Part shown: piece after piece, positions 17,491 to 27,364 of the stretch | Numbering within the stretch: the stretch's first letter is position 1 | Layout of the letters: every line of letters begins with the position of its first letter | Notes under the pieces: model-generated | Told to the model about the DNA's origin: nothing | What the model saw: the letters and a program-made list of their open reading frames with translations, nothing else | Databases searched by the model: none | Program-made: the position numbers and the translations under genes | DNA from: Methanomassiliicoccales archaeon PtaU1.Bin124 | GTDB lineage: Archaea > Thermoplasmatota > Thermoplasmata > Methanomassiliicoccales > UBA472 | Length of the DNA: 53,540 nucleotides | Direction of reading: 5' to 3' | Assembly: GCA_002067865.1 (NCBI GenBank) | Contig: MVRC01000018.1 | Span: forward strand, 1-53,540

Positions 17491-19569
17491 CTACTGGCCT
17501 TTCTTATTTTCTCCATTTCCATTGTTCCCCGTAACCTTCTGAGCGACGAACAGGGTCAATATGTCGCTCAAGCCTCCGTTCGAACCATTGCTGGAGACCA
17601 GGGTGTCCGGCACGACCTTGATCTTACCCTCTGCGATGGCCTCCACCATCTTCAGCCGGGCGATGTTGTCCCCGCCCATCGCCTCGACCTGGGCCTTGTA
17701 TGCGTCCGCCTTCGCCTCACCTACTGCTTTCTGGGCGTATGCTTCGGATTCACCTACGTTCTTGATCTTGGACGCCTCCGCCTCACCCATGTATTTGACC
17801 TTCAGCGAGTCTGCCTTTCCGATCATCTCCGTCCTGGAAGCTTCCGCTCGGCCGGTCATCTCCGTCTTCGCCGCCTCGGCCTCGGCCAGATACTTTATCC
17901 TGGCGGCCTCTCCCTCTGCCATCTTCTGCAATTTGTAGCTCTCTCCCTCGGCCAGGGTCATGTTATATGCCTTGTCGCCTTCCGCGGTCTTCCTTCTTGC
18001 ATCGGCTCGGCTCTGCTCGATCTCGATGGACAGCTTTGCCGCCATGACCTCTCCCTGCTTATCGGCCTGGGCGGTCTTGGAGATGACATCCTTCCTCATC
18101 TCCTGGGCCTCGGCCTGCTTTTGGAACTGGGCCAGCTGCTGCTCTGCTATCTCCTTGTCCGTCTGCGTTTTCATCAGCTCAGGAGGGGCCAGGATATATG
18201 AGACCAGGAGATTCTGAGCCTCGACGTGATACTTCTCGAACTCGTTCCTCGCCGTCTTCAGTGCTTCCTCTTGAAGCCTTGTCCTGCTCTTGATGAACTC
18301 AATGGCCTTCTCATTTCCCGCCTTGTTGCGGAAGGATGAGTCGATCAACGGGTGGACGATCTGCTGGATTAGGTTTTCGACCGAACCGAACCTGGCGATG
18401 ATGAAGGGCGCATTCTCTGGCCTGATGCGTATGATCATCCTCACATCGACATCTAGGGTGAACGCGTCAGAGCTGGTGACCTTCAGCTGACTGAACTTGA
18501 AGAAATCATCCCCTCTCTGGCTAGGGATATTTCCAGATGCATCTGATTCCCTCTTTGGTTGCGTCTCGCTAGCCCAGTCGATCGTGATCGCGCTGGTCGG
18601 CACTAGGTAAGGCGTGAAAGCCAACGGATTCAGATTGTACTTACCAGGTGCGACCGGTTCCTTCCAGATGCCTCGAACGTTCTTATCCGTGATCAGGAGG
18701 GTCTCCCCCTCTTCATGGACCGGAGTGCCGATATCGTTCGATCCGGTGTTAACGCTGGGCGCCCCCATCTTCGACTCCAGCTCCGTCCCGATGTTGGAAC
18801 GGATGACCGCCACATACCCAGGAGGAACCTCCTGGATCTTCACGGTCTTCACAGCGAAATGCAATGGATTGATGTAATAGACACCTGGCTGCAGGGATTC
18901 CTGCTGCGTTCCCCTGAAACCGCCCGAATCAAGGAACGCCTGCCCATCGGTGAAGTGCTTGTGGACGCGAGCGTTCGGGAACTCCGCGTTCGGTTCTTCG
19001 ACCGGTTTCGGCGCAATTAGAAATCCCGACGGAAGTGGGCGGCCATCCTCGGCGATGACGACCCCGATCATCTCGGCATCGATCCTGGTGGCCTTGCTGA
19101 TGTTGATCTGGAATGCACATGTGTTGACACGGTAGACTCCGGGCCTTAGTATAGCGCACTGCGGTCCCTTCGTGCCCCCGTTCTGGAGGAACATCTTGGC
19201 ATCCTGGAAGTTGTTGCTTTCGACCTCATCGCCCAGCACCCTGCCCTTCGGCATCGGCTTTCCGTCGATAGCATTCACCACACCGATGGAATCTGGTCCG
19301 ATGAATACCACATTGGTCTTTTCCACCGACCAGATGAAGGGCATCTTCCAGTAAAGCCCAGGCATAAGGGTGTCCGCCTGGATGCCCACCTCGCCATCGA
19401 GGGCGATGATGTGCCCCTGTGGCATCGTCTTGCCCAGCATCTTCTTTCTCTTTATCCCCACTTGGTCATCCCGGATCAGATAGAGTCCCCGGTAGACGAA
19501 GATCGCCAGTACTATGAACGCAATGATTCCCACTAAGAACAGTGGCTCTGTCAAAATCGAACCTGCCAT
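17491..19569 (-). CDS. Flotillin-like SPFH/band-7 protein (YqiK/FloT-like) with a long EA-repeat coiled-coil C-terminus
   Basis: N-terminal TM helix, SPFH domain, then a long Glu/Ala/Lys-rich repeat region (AEAEAAKTEMTGRAEASRTEMIGKAD...). Confidence 0.75.
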   Translation of the reverse strand: MAGSILTEPLFLVGIIAFIVLAIFVYRGLYLIRDDQVGIKRKKMLGKTMPQGHIIALDGEVGIQADTLMPGLYWKMPFIWSVEKTNVVFIGPDSIGVVNAIDGKPMPKGRVLGDEVESNNFQDAKMFLQNGGTKGPQCAILRPGVYRVNTCAFQINISKATRIDAEMIGVVIAEDGRPLPSGFLIAPKPVEEPNAEFPNARVHKHFTDGQAFLDSGGFRGTQQESLQPGVYYINPLHFAVKTVKIQEVPPGYVAVIRSNIGTELESKMGAPSVNTGSNDIGTPVHEEGETLLITDKNVRGIWKEPVAPGKYNLNPLAFTPYLVPTSAITIDWASETQPKRESDASGNIPSQRGDDFFKFSQLKVTSSDAFTLDVDVRMIIRIRPENAPFIIARFGSVENLIQQIVHPLIDSSFRNKAGNEKAIEFIKSRTRLQEEALKTARNEFEKYHVEAQNLLVSYILAPPELMKTQTDKEIAEQQLAQFQKQAEAQEMRKDVISKTAQADKQGEVMAAKLSIEIEQSRADARRKTAEGDKAYNMTLAEGESYKLQKMAEGEAARIKYLAEAEAAKTEMTGRAEASRTEMIGKADSLKVKYMGEAEASKIKNVGESEAYAQKAVGEAKADAYKAQVEAMGGDNIARLKMVEAIAEGKIKVVPDTLVSSNGSNGGLSDILTLFVAQKVTGNNGNGENKKGQ

Positions 19570-19687
19570 TGGACCCCCCGCCCAGACACGTTTTTATCAT
19601 TTATTTAAAAAAATTCCCGATGGTGTGCTCCTTAAGAATGATCACGACGATGAGGACGAATTAAATAACCGAAGGAGATAGCCGACC

Positions 19688-20929
19688 GTGCGTTTCTTCA
19701 TCGAGACCTATGGCTGCACCATGAACCAGGGGGAGAGCCGCGACCTGGCCCAGGACCTCCTCAGCCATGGTCATGAGCAGGTGGCGGATGAGGGAGATGC
19801 AGATCTGGTCATCATCAACACCTGCGTGGTCATCCAGCCGACCGAGCTCAAGATCATGAAGAGACTGAGGCGGCTCAGCCAGACCGGTCAAAAGGTCATC
19901 ATCGCCGGCTGCCTGCCCTCTGTCAAGCCAGACCAGATGCGTCACGAATTTCCCGATGCAGTGCTCCTCCCTCCATCCGATTACCCGATATTCTCGGAAA
20001 TGGTCAACGAGCTTTATGGCACGTGCAAGACCGGCGGTTCGCTCACGGTCGGCCAGATATCAGGCATACTTCCCGTTTCCCAGGGCTGCCTGGGCAACTG
20101 CTCCTACTGCCTCACCAAGAAGGCCAGGGGAGATCTGAACAGCTATCCCATTTCCAATCTAAAGAAGAAGGCCAGGCAGCTTCTGGAAGATGGGGCGAGG
20201 GAGCTGTTGGTGACGGCCCAGGACACTGGCTGCTATGGTCTGGATATCAATACCGACCTCTCTGAGCTTCTAAAGGAGATCGTCGCCCTGGATGGAGAGT
20301 TCATGGTCCGATTGGGGATGATGAACCCCGACAGCTTGGCGCAAGTGCTGGACCAGACGGTAAAGGTCTGGAACCACCCCAAGGTGTACAAGTTCCTGCA
20401 CCTCCCCGTTCAATCAGGCAGCGAAAGGGTGCTCAAAGCGATGGGCCGAGGATATGACGTTCCTACGTTCGAAAGCCAGGTACGTCATTTCCGTGCTCTT
20501 AAGCCGCTCATGTCCCTGTCCACCGACATCATCACCGGATTCCCTGGCGAGACAGAGGATGATCATAGGGCGTCGGTCGAGCTGATGGAAAGGGTCAGGC
20601 CGAACATCATCAACGTCACGAGATACTCTCCTCGTCCCGGGACGCCCGCTGCCAAGGCAAAGGGCCAGGTTCCCAGCTGGATATCGAAGGAGAGGTCGCG
20701 TGAAATGGCCAAGCTGAGGTTCGAACTTGGCGAGGCCTATTATGCCGGTTTCGTCGGCCAAGCTTTGGAGATCCTTATCACCGAGGTCGGGAAGAAGGGG
20801 AGCCTGGTGGGAAGGAGTAGAGAATATGCTCCGGTCGCGATCTCGGAACGCGATGCCCGGTTGGGACAATGGGTCGAGGTGGAGATCACTGGGCACGCTG
20901 CCACCCACCTACTGGGTAAGGCCATTTGA
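19688..20929 (+). CDS. mtaB: Radical-SAM methylthiotransferase, MiaB/RimO family (archaeal MtaB-type, tRNA t6A37 methylthiolation)
   Basis: GTG start with ggagata RBS. MTTase N-terminal domain (FIETYGCTMNQGESRDL). Radical-SAM Cys cluster CLGNCSYC. TRAM-like C-terminus. Confidence 0.8.
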   Translation: MRFFIETYGCTMNQGESRDLAQDLLSHGHEQVADEGDADLVIINTCVVIQPTELKIMKRLRRLSQTGQKVIIAGCLPSVKPDQMRHEFPDAVLLPPSDYPIFSEMVNELYGTCKTGGSLTVGQISGILPVSQGCLGNCSYCLTKKARGDLNSYPISNLKKKARQLLEDGARELLVTAQDTGCYGLDINTDLSELLKEIVALDGEFMVRLGMMNPDSLAQVLDQTVKVWNHPKVYKFLHLPVQSGSERVLKAMGRGYDVPTFESQVRHFRALKPLMSLSTDIITGFPGETEDDHRASVELMERVRPNIINVTRYSPRPGTPAAKAKGQVPSWISKERSREMAKLRFELGEAYYAGFVGQALEILITEVGKKGSLVGRSREYAPVAISERDARLGQWVEVEITGHAATHLLGKAI

Positions 20930-20987
20930 GCCATGGCCATTTTATGATGATGCAAATATATACGAGAAGCTTTATCAGCGCAAGCAC

Positions 20988-21060
20988 AGCCCCGTAGTGT
21001 AGTGGTCAATCATGCTGGCCTTTGGAGCCGGCGACGCCAGTTCGAATCTGGCCGGGGCTA
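20988..21060 (+). tRNA. tRNA-Gln(UUG), 73 nt, CCA not encoded
   Basis: Manual fold. A1-U72 pair as in archaeal tRNA-Gln. Anticodon stem ctggc/gccgg with loop cUUUGga and U33. T-arm gccag-ttcgaat-ctggc. Acceptor agccccg/cggggct, discriminator a. Confidence 0.75.
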
Positions 21061-21082
21061 CTCATGTTCAAGAGGTAAGGAA

Positions 21083-21307
21083 ATGTCGGTGAATTGCCGC
21101 ATCGAGATCGATCTCCAGTCGGAGGAACAGGCGGAGGCGATCCTCCGTTCCATCGAGCTCGATAACGGAAAATATGCCGATGCCAAGGTCGAAGGCAAGA
21201 CCCTGATCCTCACGGCCGAGGCGAAGAGCATGCCCTCCATGCTTCATACGCTCGAGGACCTGCTGGCCTGCGTCAAGGTGGCTGGGGATATGACCGACCT
21301 ACGCTGA
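21083..21307 (+). CDS. pcc1: KEOPS Pcc1-like small protein (74 aa)
   Basis: aggtaagg RBS then ATG. The pattern EIDLQSEEQAEAILRSIELDN...KVEGKTLILTAEAKS..LHTLEDLLACVKVA resembles the Pcc1 family. Assignment is by motif recollection only. Confidence 0.5.
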   Translation: MSVNCRIEIDLQSEEQAEAILRSIELDNGKYADAKVEGKTLILTAEAKSMPSMLHTLEDLLACVKVAGDMTDLR

Positions 21308-23257
21308 TGGTTTGATACCTTCCCTGACCTTGATCGCCAGTCCCTTTTTGAATCGCCCGATCTCATCGCCGGTCAGGACCATTCTGCCGATCGCGACCGG
21401 TGAATCGTTCTTATCGACCACGATCACCTCATCCTGAGGCCTGAGCTCCGCATCGGCCTCGACTACGAAGGTGCTCATGACGTTCTTCCCTTCCCGGTTG
21501 AACGGGACCGAATCGTCTAGCACCACCGCCCTCAATCGCGGGGCCGGGATCGCGTTCAAAAGTCGAATGGCACCCGGCGGCCGGAGGGTGAAGAAACCGT
21601 CCTCCGCCCTCATCGAGACCACATGTTCCCCGTCCACCAGGACGTTCCTGATCTTGTCAGTGTTCTTTGACTTGATCAGTTCCACCTTACCGGAGAACAA
21701 TGCCGCCGCAGCTCCTTTGCCGAACTGATGGTCTGCCACGGCATGGACGCGGGCCACGTCCAGGTCGAACCTGCCCGGACCCTTCGACATCATGCCCAAC
21801 ATCTCGCACGTCACCTGGCCATCGTACATGCATGAGAGAGAATACTGGTGTCGGTGAGAAAGGTCCTCCATCTCCTCCCTGAGCTTCTCGGTCATATCCC
21901 TATCCCGGATGCGTGGGAATATCGACTGGGCCACCGGATAGATCTCGTCCAGTTCTATCGGCAATGGGCCCAACTCGCTCATGACGAAGAAATGAGAGTC
22001 GGCCAATTTCAGGATCTCCCCCATCTGCGCGGCCCAATGCCTGGCATAGGGTTTCTCTCCGCCTTCGAAGACCACCATGGTCTCCGTCTTGGGCATGGTG
22101 TATCGCTCCTTCACCCTTTGCTCGAAACGAAGCAACGCTGGCCTGTTCAGTGTCTCAGCGCCGGTATAGAACATTGCCGAGTCTCTGCTGAGCGGCTCGT
22201 ACCTCTCCAGGAACTCTCTGTGCTCCTTGAGCCGGCGCAGGCCATCCAGAAGGGCCGGATGTGTACGGCAGCGCATCTCCGCCAGTTCCCAGATGTCCCC
22301 TTCGAGGACGGCCCGTTTTACTCGGTCCATCTCCATCTTGGAGGCGTAGAGGTTGTGCCTGGCGATCGTCTCGAAACGCTGTTCGGGCTTCATCGCCTTG
22401 AGCGTTTCGATCGTCTTTCCGGCGCAGGCGGGACAATCGCAGTCCAGCACCTTCATGTCCTTCAGGTGGTAGGTCCCCTCGATCGTCATGTAGCGGTCGT
22501 CCTTGGCGAACTTGGCATAGGAGGCAGAATCGAACATATCGCATCCCAGCAGGACCGCCAGTGAGAAGACCATGGGGTGGCCTGCACCGAACAGATGCAC
22601 CGGCCTCTCTGGTGCCAGCCCCTTCTTGGAGGCGATTATGACATCGACCAGATCGGCATACCGGTATTGTTCCATCAACGGTACGACACCGCCTATGGGA
22701 TGAACATCGACATCGATGGCCCGGAGCTGCTCCGCACAATGCTGGCGCAGGTCAGGGTATATCGATCCTTGGACCACACCTGCCAGCATCATCTCTCCCT
22801 TTCTCGTCGATGCTTCCTTGGTGCGGTCCAACGTCACTTCCACCGCTTCGGCGGTCCTTTCCTTGCTCCATTCCGGCTCTGTGAATATGTCCAGTACGGT
22901 CCCGATGTCCGTGCCGATGGACCGCTGGAAGTCCACGATCTCCTCGTTCTTCACCTCTACTTCGCCGTACATGTGGCTCTGGAAGGTGCCTGAGTCGGTC
23001 ATAATTATGCCAGGGTAATCGAGCATGGCATGAAGTCCGGAAGATACCGCCGTTTCTCTCATCTTCAGGTCGTTCCTGATGATGTAAGAATTGGTGATGA
23101 TGGCCTTGAAGCCGAACGTTTCATAAAGCTCCCTCGGTGTGATGGCCTGGAACCTTGGGTTCACCACTGGCAACAGCGCAGGGGTCTCCAGCGTACCGTG
23201 CCTGGTCTCTAACTTGCATATTCTGGCCAGGCCGTCCCGACGAATGAGCTCTAACAT
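21299..23257 (-). CDS. tgtA: Archaeosine tRNA-guanine transglycosylase (ArcTGT) with a C-terminal PUA domain
   Basis: N-terminus MLELIRRDGLARICKLETRHGTLETPALLPVVNP. Zn motif CDCPAC. ~650 aa including C-terminal extension domains. ATG at 23257 is preferred over the upstream start at 23359. Confidence 0.85.
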   Translation of the reverse strand: MLELIRRDGLARICKLETRHGTLETPALLPVVNPRFQAITPRELYETFGFKAIITNSYIIRNDLKMRETAVSSGLHAMLDYPGIIMTDSGTFQSHMYGEVEVKNEEIVDFQRSIGTDIGTVLDIFTEPEWSKERTAEAVEVTLDRTKEASTRKGEMMLAGVVQGSIYPDLRQHCAEQLRAIDVDVHPIGGVVPLMEQYRYADLVDVIIASKKGLAPERPVHLFGAGHPMVFSLAVLLGCDMFDSASYAKFAKDDRYMTIEGTYHLKDMKVLDCDCPACAGKTIETLKAMKPEQRFETIARHNLYASKMEMDRVKRAVLEGDIWELAEMRCRTHPALLDGLRRLKEHREFLERYEPLSRDSAMFYTGAETLNRPALLRFEQRVKERYTMPKTETMVVFEGGEKPYARHWAAQMGEILKLADSHFFVMSELGPLPIELDEIYPVAQSIFPRIRDRDMTEKLREEMEDLSHRHQYSLSCMYDGQVTCEMLGMMSKGPGRFDLDVARVHAVADHQFGKGAAAALFSGKVELIKSKNTDKIRNVLVDGEHVVSMRAEDGFFTLRPPGAIRLLNAIPAPRLRAVVLDDSVPFNREGKNVMSTFVVEADAELRPQDEVIVVDKNDSPVAIGRMVLTGDEIGRFKKGLAIKVREGIKPSA

Positions 23258-23358
23258 ATGTCTGATGGAATGGTCTGGGGGTATAAAACTGTAGATGTAA
23301 ATGGAAGGCGATTGAATGGCGAAAAGAATGAAATATTGGTTGTGCAGGTGCACGAACA

Positions 23359-23583
23359 ATGGAGTCCGAGGACAGCCTTCTATTGGATTGCCCCAGCTGT
23401 AACATCATGATCACGGTCAAGGTCTCGCTCTGCAACGGAACGGAGTTTCCCTGCCCCATCTGCGGGGACATCATCTGCTTCGAGATAGACCCTGCCGCGA
23501 TCGATTCGGTCCTGGACGAAGCGCGCAAGAAGCAGGAAAGGGAACTGAAGAGGTCTTTCCGCCTCGCGTTCGGGGATGTTTGA
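23359..23583 (+). CDS. Small zinc-ribbon protein (CPSC...CPIC), hypothetical
   Basis: 74 aa with two CxxC pairs. Divergent from tgtA. Confidence 0.4.
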   Translation: MESEDSLLLDCPSCNIMITVKVSLCNGTEFPCPICGDIICFEIDPAAIDSVLDEARKKQERELKRSFRLAFGDV

Positions 23584-23632
23584 CGGATAATTTATCTGCG
23601 ATATTGTGCCTCTACCCATCGCCAGTGATGTG

Positions 23633-23986
23633 ATGGAGAACAAGATGATCATCGTGGTCCGAAAGGACATCAAGCTCTCGCCAGGCAAGTTGGCCGCCCA
23701 GGTGGCCCATGCCGCGGTCAATTGCGCCTTCTTATCGAAGAGGCGGGACCCGCAATCCTTCGATGCCTGGTACGAGGAAGGGCAGAAGAAGGTCGTGGTG
23801 AAGGTCAAGGATCTCCCGGAACTGTTCCAGATCAAGGCGGCGGCTGAGGCGGCCGGTCTGATAACCTCATTGATCACTGATGCTGGCCATACGGAATTGC
23901 CTCCTGGTACGATAACATGCCTGGGCATCGGCCCAGCCTCCGATTCCAGGATAGACAAGGTGACAGGCCATCTGGGGCTGATGTGA
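23633..23986 (+). CDS. pth2: Peptidyl-tRNA hydrolase, archaeal Pth2 family
   Basis: KMIIVVRKDIKLSPGKLAAQVAHAAV...ITDAGHTELPPGTITCLGIGP. An alternative GTG start is at 23606. Confidence 0.85.
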   Translation: MENKMIIVVRKDIKLSPGKLAAQVAHAAVNCAFLSKRRDPQSFDAWYEEGQKKVVVKVKDLPELFQIKAAAEAAGLITSLITDAGHTELPPGTITCLGIGPASDSRIDKVTGHLGLM

Positions 23987-24559
23987 GTGAAGGAGAATGT
24001 GCGCATCCTCGGCATCGATGACGCGCCATTCACCTTCTCTGATTCCACGGTACCGATAGTCGGGGCACTGCTCCGTTCTCCGGCATACTTGGAGGCCGTG
24101 ATGACATCCAAGGTCTCCGTCGACGGCACCGATTCCACCGCGGCCATCATCGAAATGGTCCGGGGATCGAGATATTCCGACCAGGTGAAATTGGTCCTGC
24201 TCGATGGCATTGCGTTCGGCGGGTTCAATCTTGTGGACATAGATGCCGTGCACGATTCTCTGCGGGTGCCCGTGGCGACCGTTACCAGGGATGCTCCGGA
24301 CATGATCGGCCTCAAGGGGGCATTGCAGAAACATTTCGATGATTGGCAGTGTAGATGGGAGCTGTTGGAACGCCATCCCGTTGTTAAGATCGATACCGAT
24401 CATAACCCCATTTACGTTTCATTTGTCGGCATCAGGTCTGATGACCTCAAGGGGATTCTGCGATCATGCACCATACAGGGTGCGATCCCCGAGCCGCTCA
24501 GGGTCGCCCACATCATCGCGTCGGCATTTGTAAAAGGCGAATCTTATGGTCGGGCTTAG
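23987..24559 (+). CDS. DUF99 (UPF0215) family protein
   Basis: RILGIDDAPF signature near the N-terminus. GTG start abuts the pth2 stop. Confidence 0.7.
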   Translation: MKENVRILGIDDAPFTFSDSTVPIVGALLRSPAYLEAVMTSKVSVDGTDSTAAIIEMVRGSRYSDQVKLVLLDGIAFGGFNLVDIDAVHDSLRVPVATVTRDAPDMIGLKGALQKHFDDWQCRWELLERHPVVKIDTDHNPIYVSFVGIRSDDLKGILRSCTIQGAIPEPLRVAHIIASAFVKGESYGRA

Positions 24560-25242
24560 CGGAAATGGATATCGGTCATGAGGCCCTGGGCGAAGGTGTT
24601 GTTACCGCCCTCTGTTATCTCCATCATTACCTCGGTGGAGTTGGACGAGACCGGCCGCATATCGATCTTGACTCCATGGGCCGACAGGTCGATCCGGGTC
24701 CCAGTGCTGGTATGGCTTAGGACATATTGATGTCCTTTTCCATCCAAAGTGCTCTTGACCCTCCCGCTCACGTTCGATGCACCGTCCTTGACCATATGGC
24801 GGTGGGTGCGATCGAAGCGATTCTTGTTCTTGTCGTTGTATGCCGTCACAGCGATGAGCGCAATGACGAGCGAGGCCGCAACACCAAAGGTGATGGGGTT
24901 GTCAGGCTTCAATCCCTGGTAGAGTGAGAGCATGACGACCGAGAATATCCCGACCTCGGTTATGTAGATCATGCCGAATGCGCTGACCACTAGGGATTTC
25001 GGGATCGTGTTCGGCTGCCATGCCTCATAGCTCCTCTGATGTAGCTTTTTCAGCGGCCAGAGGACGGAGAGAGCAGTGATGATCGCCAATGCCATGAACA
25101 CAGGGAACAAAGGATGGGCCACGACATAGGTCATCATCATACCTGCCAGGAAACCAGGTGCAATGACACCGAGGGCTAGCTCGATCCAAAGCCTCTCCCG
25201 GCCTAAATCCTTGAACTGCGCCGCTATGGATATCACTGGCAT
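24556..25242 (-). CDS. Hypothetical integral membrane protein (4-5 TM helices)
   Basis: 228 aa with hydrophobic segments throughout the N-terminal two-thirds. No motif recognised. Confidence 0.5.
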   Translation of the reverse strand: MPVISIAAQFKDLGRERLWIELALGVIAPGFLAGMMMTYVVAHPLFPVFMALAIITALSVLWPLKKLHQRSYEAWQPNTIPKSLVVSAFGMIYITEVGIFSVVMLSLYQGLKPDNPITFGVAASLVIALIAVTAYNDKNKNRFDRTHRHMVKDGASNVSGRVKSTLDGKGHQYVLSHTSTGTRIDLSAHGVKIDMRPVSSNSTEVMMEITEGGNNTFAQGLMTDIHFR

Positions 25243-25302
25243 CCCATCCTGTCTGACGATATGTCATACAGGATTATAATCATTTTGTGCCAACCAATAT
25301 GG

Positions 25303-26034
25303 TCAGATGCCTTTGCACACGGGGCAATGAGGATTCCTTTCCACATCGATCGTTTCCCAAGATTGTTCCAACAGGTCGCCGATGAGCAGCCGCCCCTGCA
25401 ATACACCAGGGAGGCCAAGGATGGTCTTTATGGCCTCGTTCGCCTCCATGCATCCGAAAGTGCCAGCCACCGCTCCGATGATGGGTATGGGGCCTTCCCG
25501 TTTGGGGGAGCGGGGAACAAGGCAGGAGATGCAACAGGTCTTCCCCGGAAAAATGGTAGTCATCTGCCCCCTCCACCCTTCGACCGCTGCATGGACGAGC
25601 TTCAGGCCATTGGTCACGCAATATCGGTTCAGATCGTGCCGGGCATCATAGTTGTCCAGACAATCTAGGACGACATTGGGTTTCTGAACCAGTCTGGCAG
25701 CATTTTTCAAATCCAATCGTTCCCTGACACCCTCTACAGTGATCTCAGGGTTGAGGGATCGAAGCTTCATCTTCGCACTTTCCACCTTTGCTCTCGAGGT
25801 CTCATAATCCTCTTGATGGTGTAGCAGCTGCCTGTTGAGATTGCTTAGCTCCACCGGGTCTGGATCGATGAGCCTGATGTTACCAACTCCTGCCGCAGCA
25901 AGATACATAGCTGCAGGGGACCCCAGACCCCCCACACCGACGATGGTGACGCTCGCGCCCGCCAGGACGTCCTGTCCACTTTCCCCGACCTCAGGTAGGA
26001 GGATCTGCCTGGCATAGCGCTTTCTTTCTGTCAT
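25303..26034 (-). CDS. moeB: ThiF/MoeB/HesA-family E1-like adenylyltransferase (molybdopterin/thiamine/SAMP activation)
   Basis: YARQILLPEVGESGQDVLAGASVTIVGVGGLGSPAAMYLAAAGVG Rossmann/ATP motif. C-terminal CxxC...CxxC zinc motif. Confidence 0.8.
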   Translation of the reverse strand: MTERKRYARQILLPEVGESGQDVLAGASVTIVGVGGLGSPAAMYLAAAGVGNIRLIDPDPVELSNLNRQLLHHQEDYETSRAKVESAKMKLRSLNPEITVEGVRERLDLKNAARLVQKPNVVLDCLDNYDARHDLNRYCVTNGLKLVHAAVEGWRGQMTTIFPGKTCCISCLVPRSPKREGPIPIIGAVAGTFGCMEANEAIKTILGLPGVLQGRLLIGDLLEQSWETIDVERNPHCPVCKGI

Positions 26035-26310
26035 CTTATCCCTCTGACATAGGGGAACTACAAGATGCAATAATAACCTGCCTCTCTCGATGGTTATTTG
26101 TAAGTGCAATGCATGCGCCCCCTACCCATCATATCAAGGCGTTGCATGAGAAGGGGGAGGAAGAGGTCCCACCGCGATGCTGGATGGTAACGAACGGACA
26201 TGCCTCGGAAGGCGGGGAAAACATGTCTGAATGGTCCCTAACAACCCTATACTCTTAAATAGGAAATGTGTAATAGGGCCATTGCTTCCGATATTACTTG
26301 AGGTGAAAGT

Positions 26311-26739
26311 GTGGCAAAAGGTCTTTACACTGCCAGGAAGTTGAAGAACGACAGGCAGAAGTTCCGATGGAGTGACAGTCAATACAAGCGCCGGATGCTT
26401 AAGCTGAAGGAGAAGTCCGACCCGTTGGAGGGCGCTTCCCAAGCTAGAGGCATCGTTCTGGAGAAGGTCGGTATCGAGGCCAAGCAGCCCAACTCCGCCA
26501 TCAGAAAGTGCGTTAAGATCCAGTTGATCAAGAACGGTCGCCAGATCACCGCCTTTGCGGTCGGTGACGGTGCCATCAACTTCATCGACGAGCACGATGA
26601 GGTGCTGGTCGAAGGCATCGGTGGCAGGCTGGGACGTTCCTATGGTGATATCCCTGGTGTCCGTTACAAGGTCATCCAGGTCAACAATGTATCCCTGAAC
26701 GAGCTTGTTCGGGGCAGGAAGGAAAAGCCGGTAAGGTGA
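26311..26739 (+). CDS. rps12: 30S ribosomal protein S12 (uS12)
   Basis: GTG start with gaggtga RBS. Conserved [25 protein letters not shown]. Confidence 0.9.
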   Translation: MAKGLYTARKLKNDRQKFRWSDSQYKRRMLKLKEKSDPLEGASQARGIVLEKVGIEAKQPNSAIRKCVKIQLIKNGRQITAFAVGDGAINFIDEHDEVLVEGIGGRLGRSYGDIPGVRYKVIQVNNVSLNELVRGRKEKPVR

Positions 26740-27335
26740 AAATGATGGCTGACGAACCAATCCTTCAGACCAACAACATTCTGCTCTTTGGAAAATACGG
26801 CCTGTCCGAGATTGTGACCAGGGACGGCGGTCTTGCGAAGTACATCAACCTCAACCCAGTTTTGGTGCCACACTCCAACGCGAAGCACGCTAACCGCTCC
26901 TTCGGCAAGTCCAAGGTCAACATCGTGGAGCGCCTCATGAACAACATGATGCGCACCGAGGTCTTCACCGGAAAGAAGATGAAGTCCTACAGGGCCGTCA
27001 AGGATGCATTCCAGATCATTCAGGATAAGACCAAGAAGAACCCGGTCCAGGTGCTCGTAGAAGCCCTCGAGAACGCCGCCCCGCGTGAGGAGATCACCAG
27101 GCTGCAGTTCGGTGGCATATCCGTACCAAAGGCCGTGGACATTGCGCCCTCGAGGCGCCTCGACATCGCCCTGCGCAACATCTGCAAGGGTGCGATCCAG
27201 TCCTCGTTCAAGAACACCAAGCCCATCGAGCTGTGCTTGGCGGATGAGCTCATCCTGGCTGCGAAGAACGACATGAACAGCTTCTCCGTCGCCAAGAAGG
27301 AAGAGGTCGAGCGCGTCGCCCAGTCGGCCAGGTAA
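26736..27335 (+). CDS. rps7: 30S ribosomal protein S7 (uS7)
   Basis: Typical archaeal S7 sequence. Start overlaps the S12 stop. Confidence 0.9.
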   Translation: MKMMADEPILQTNNILLFGKYGLSEIVTRDGGLAKYINLNPVLVPHSNAKHANRSFGKSKVNIVERLMNNMMRTEVFTGKKMKSYRAVKDAFQIIQDKTKKNPVQVLVEALENAAPREEITRLQFGGISVPKAVDIAPSRRLDIALRNICKGAIQSSFKNTKPIELCLADELILAAKNDMNSFSVAKKEEVERVAQSAR

Positions 27336-27364
27336 ACAGGTAACGATAAAGAACGGTGGTGTTT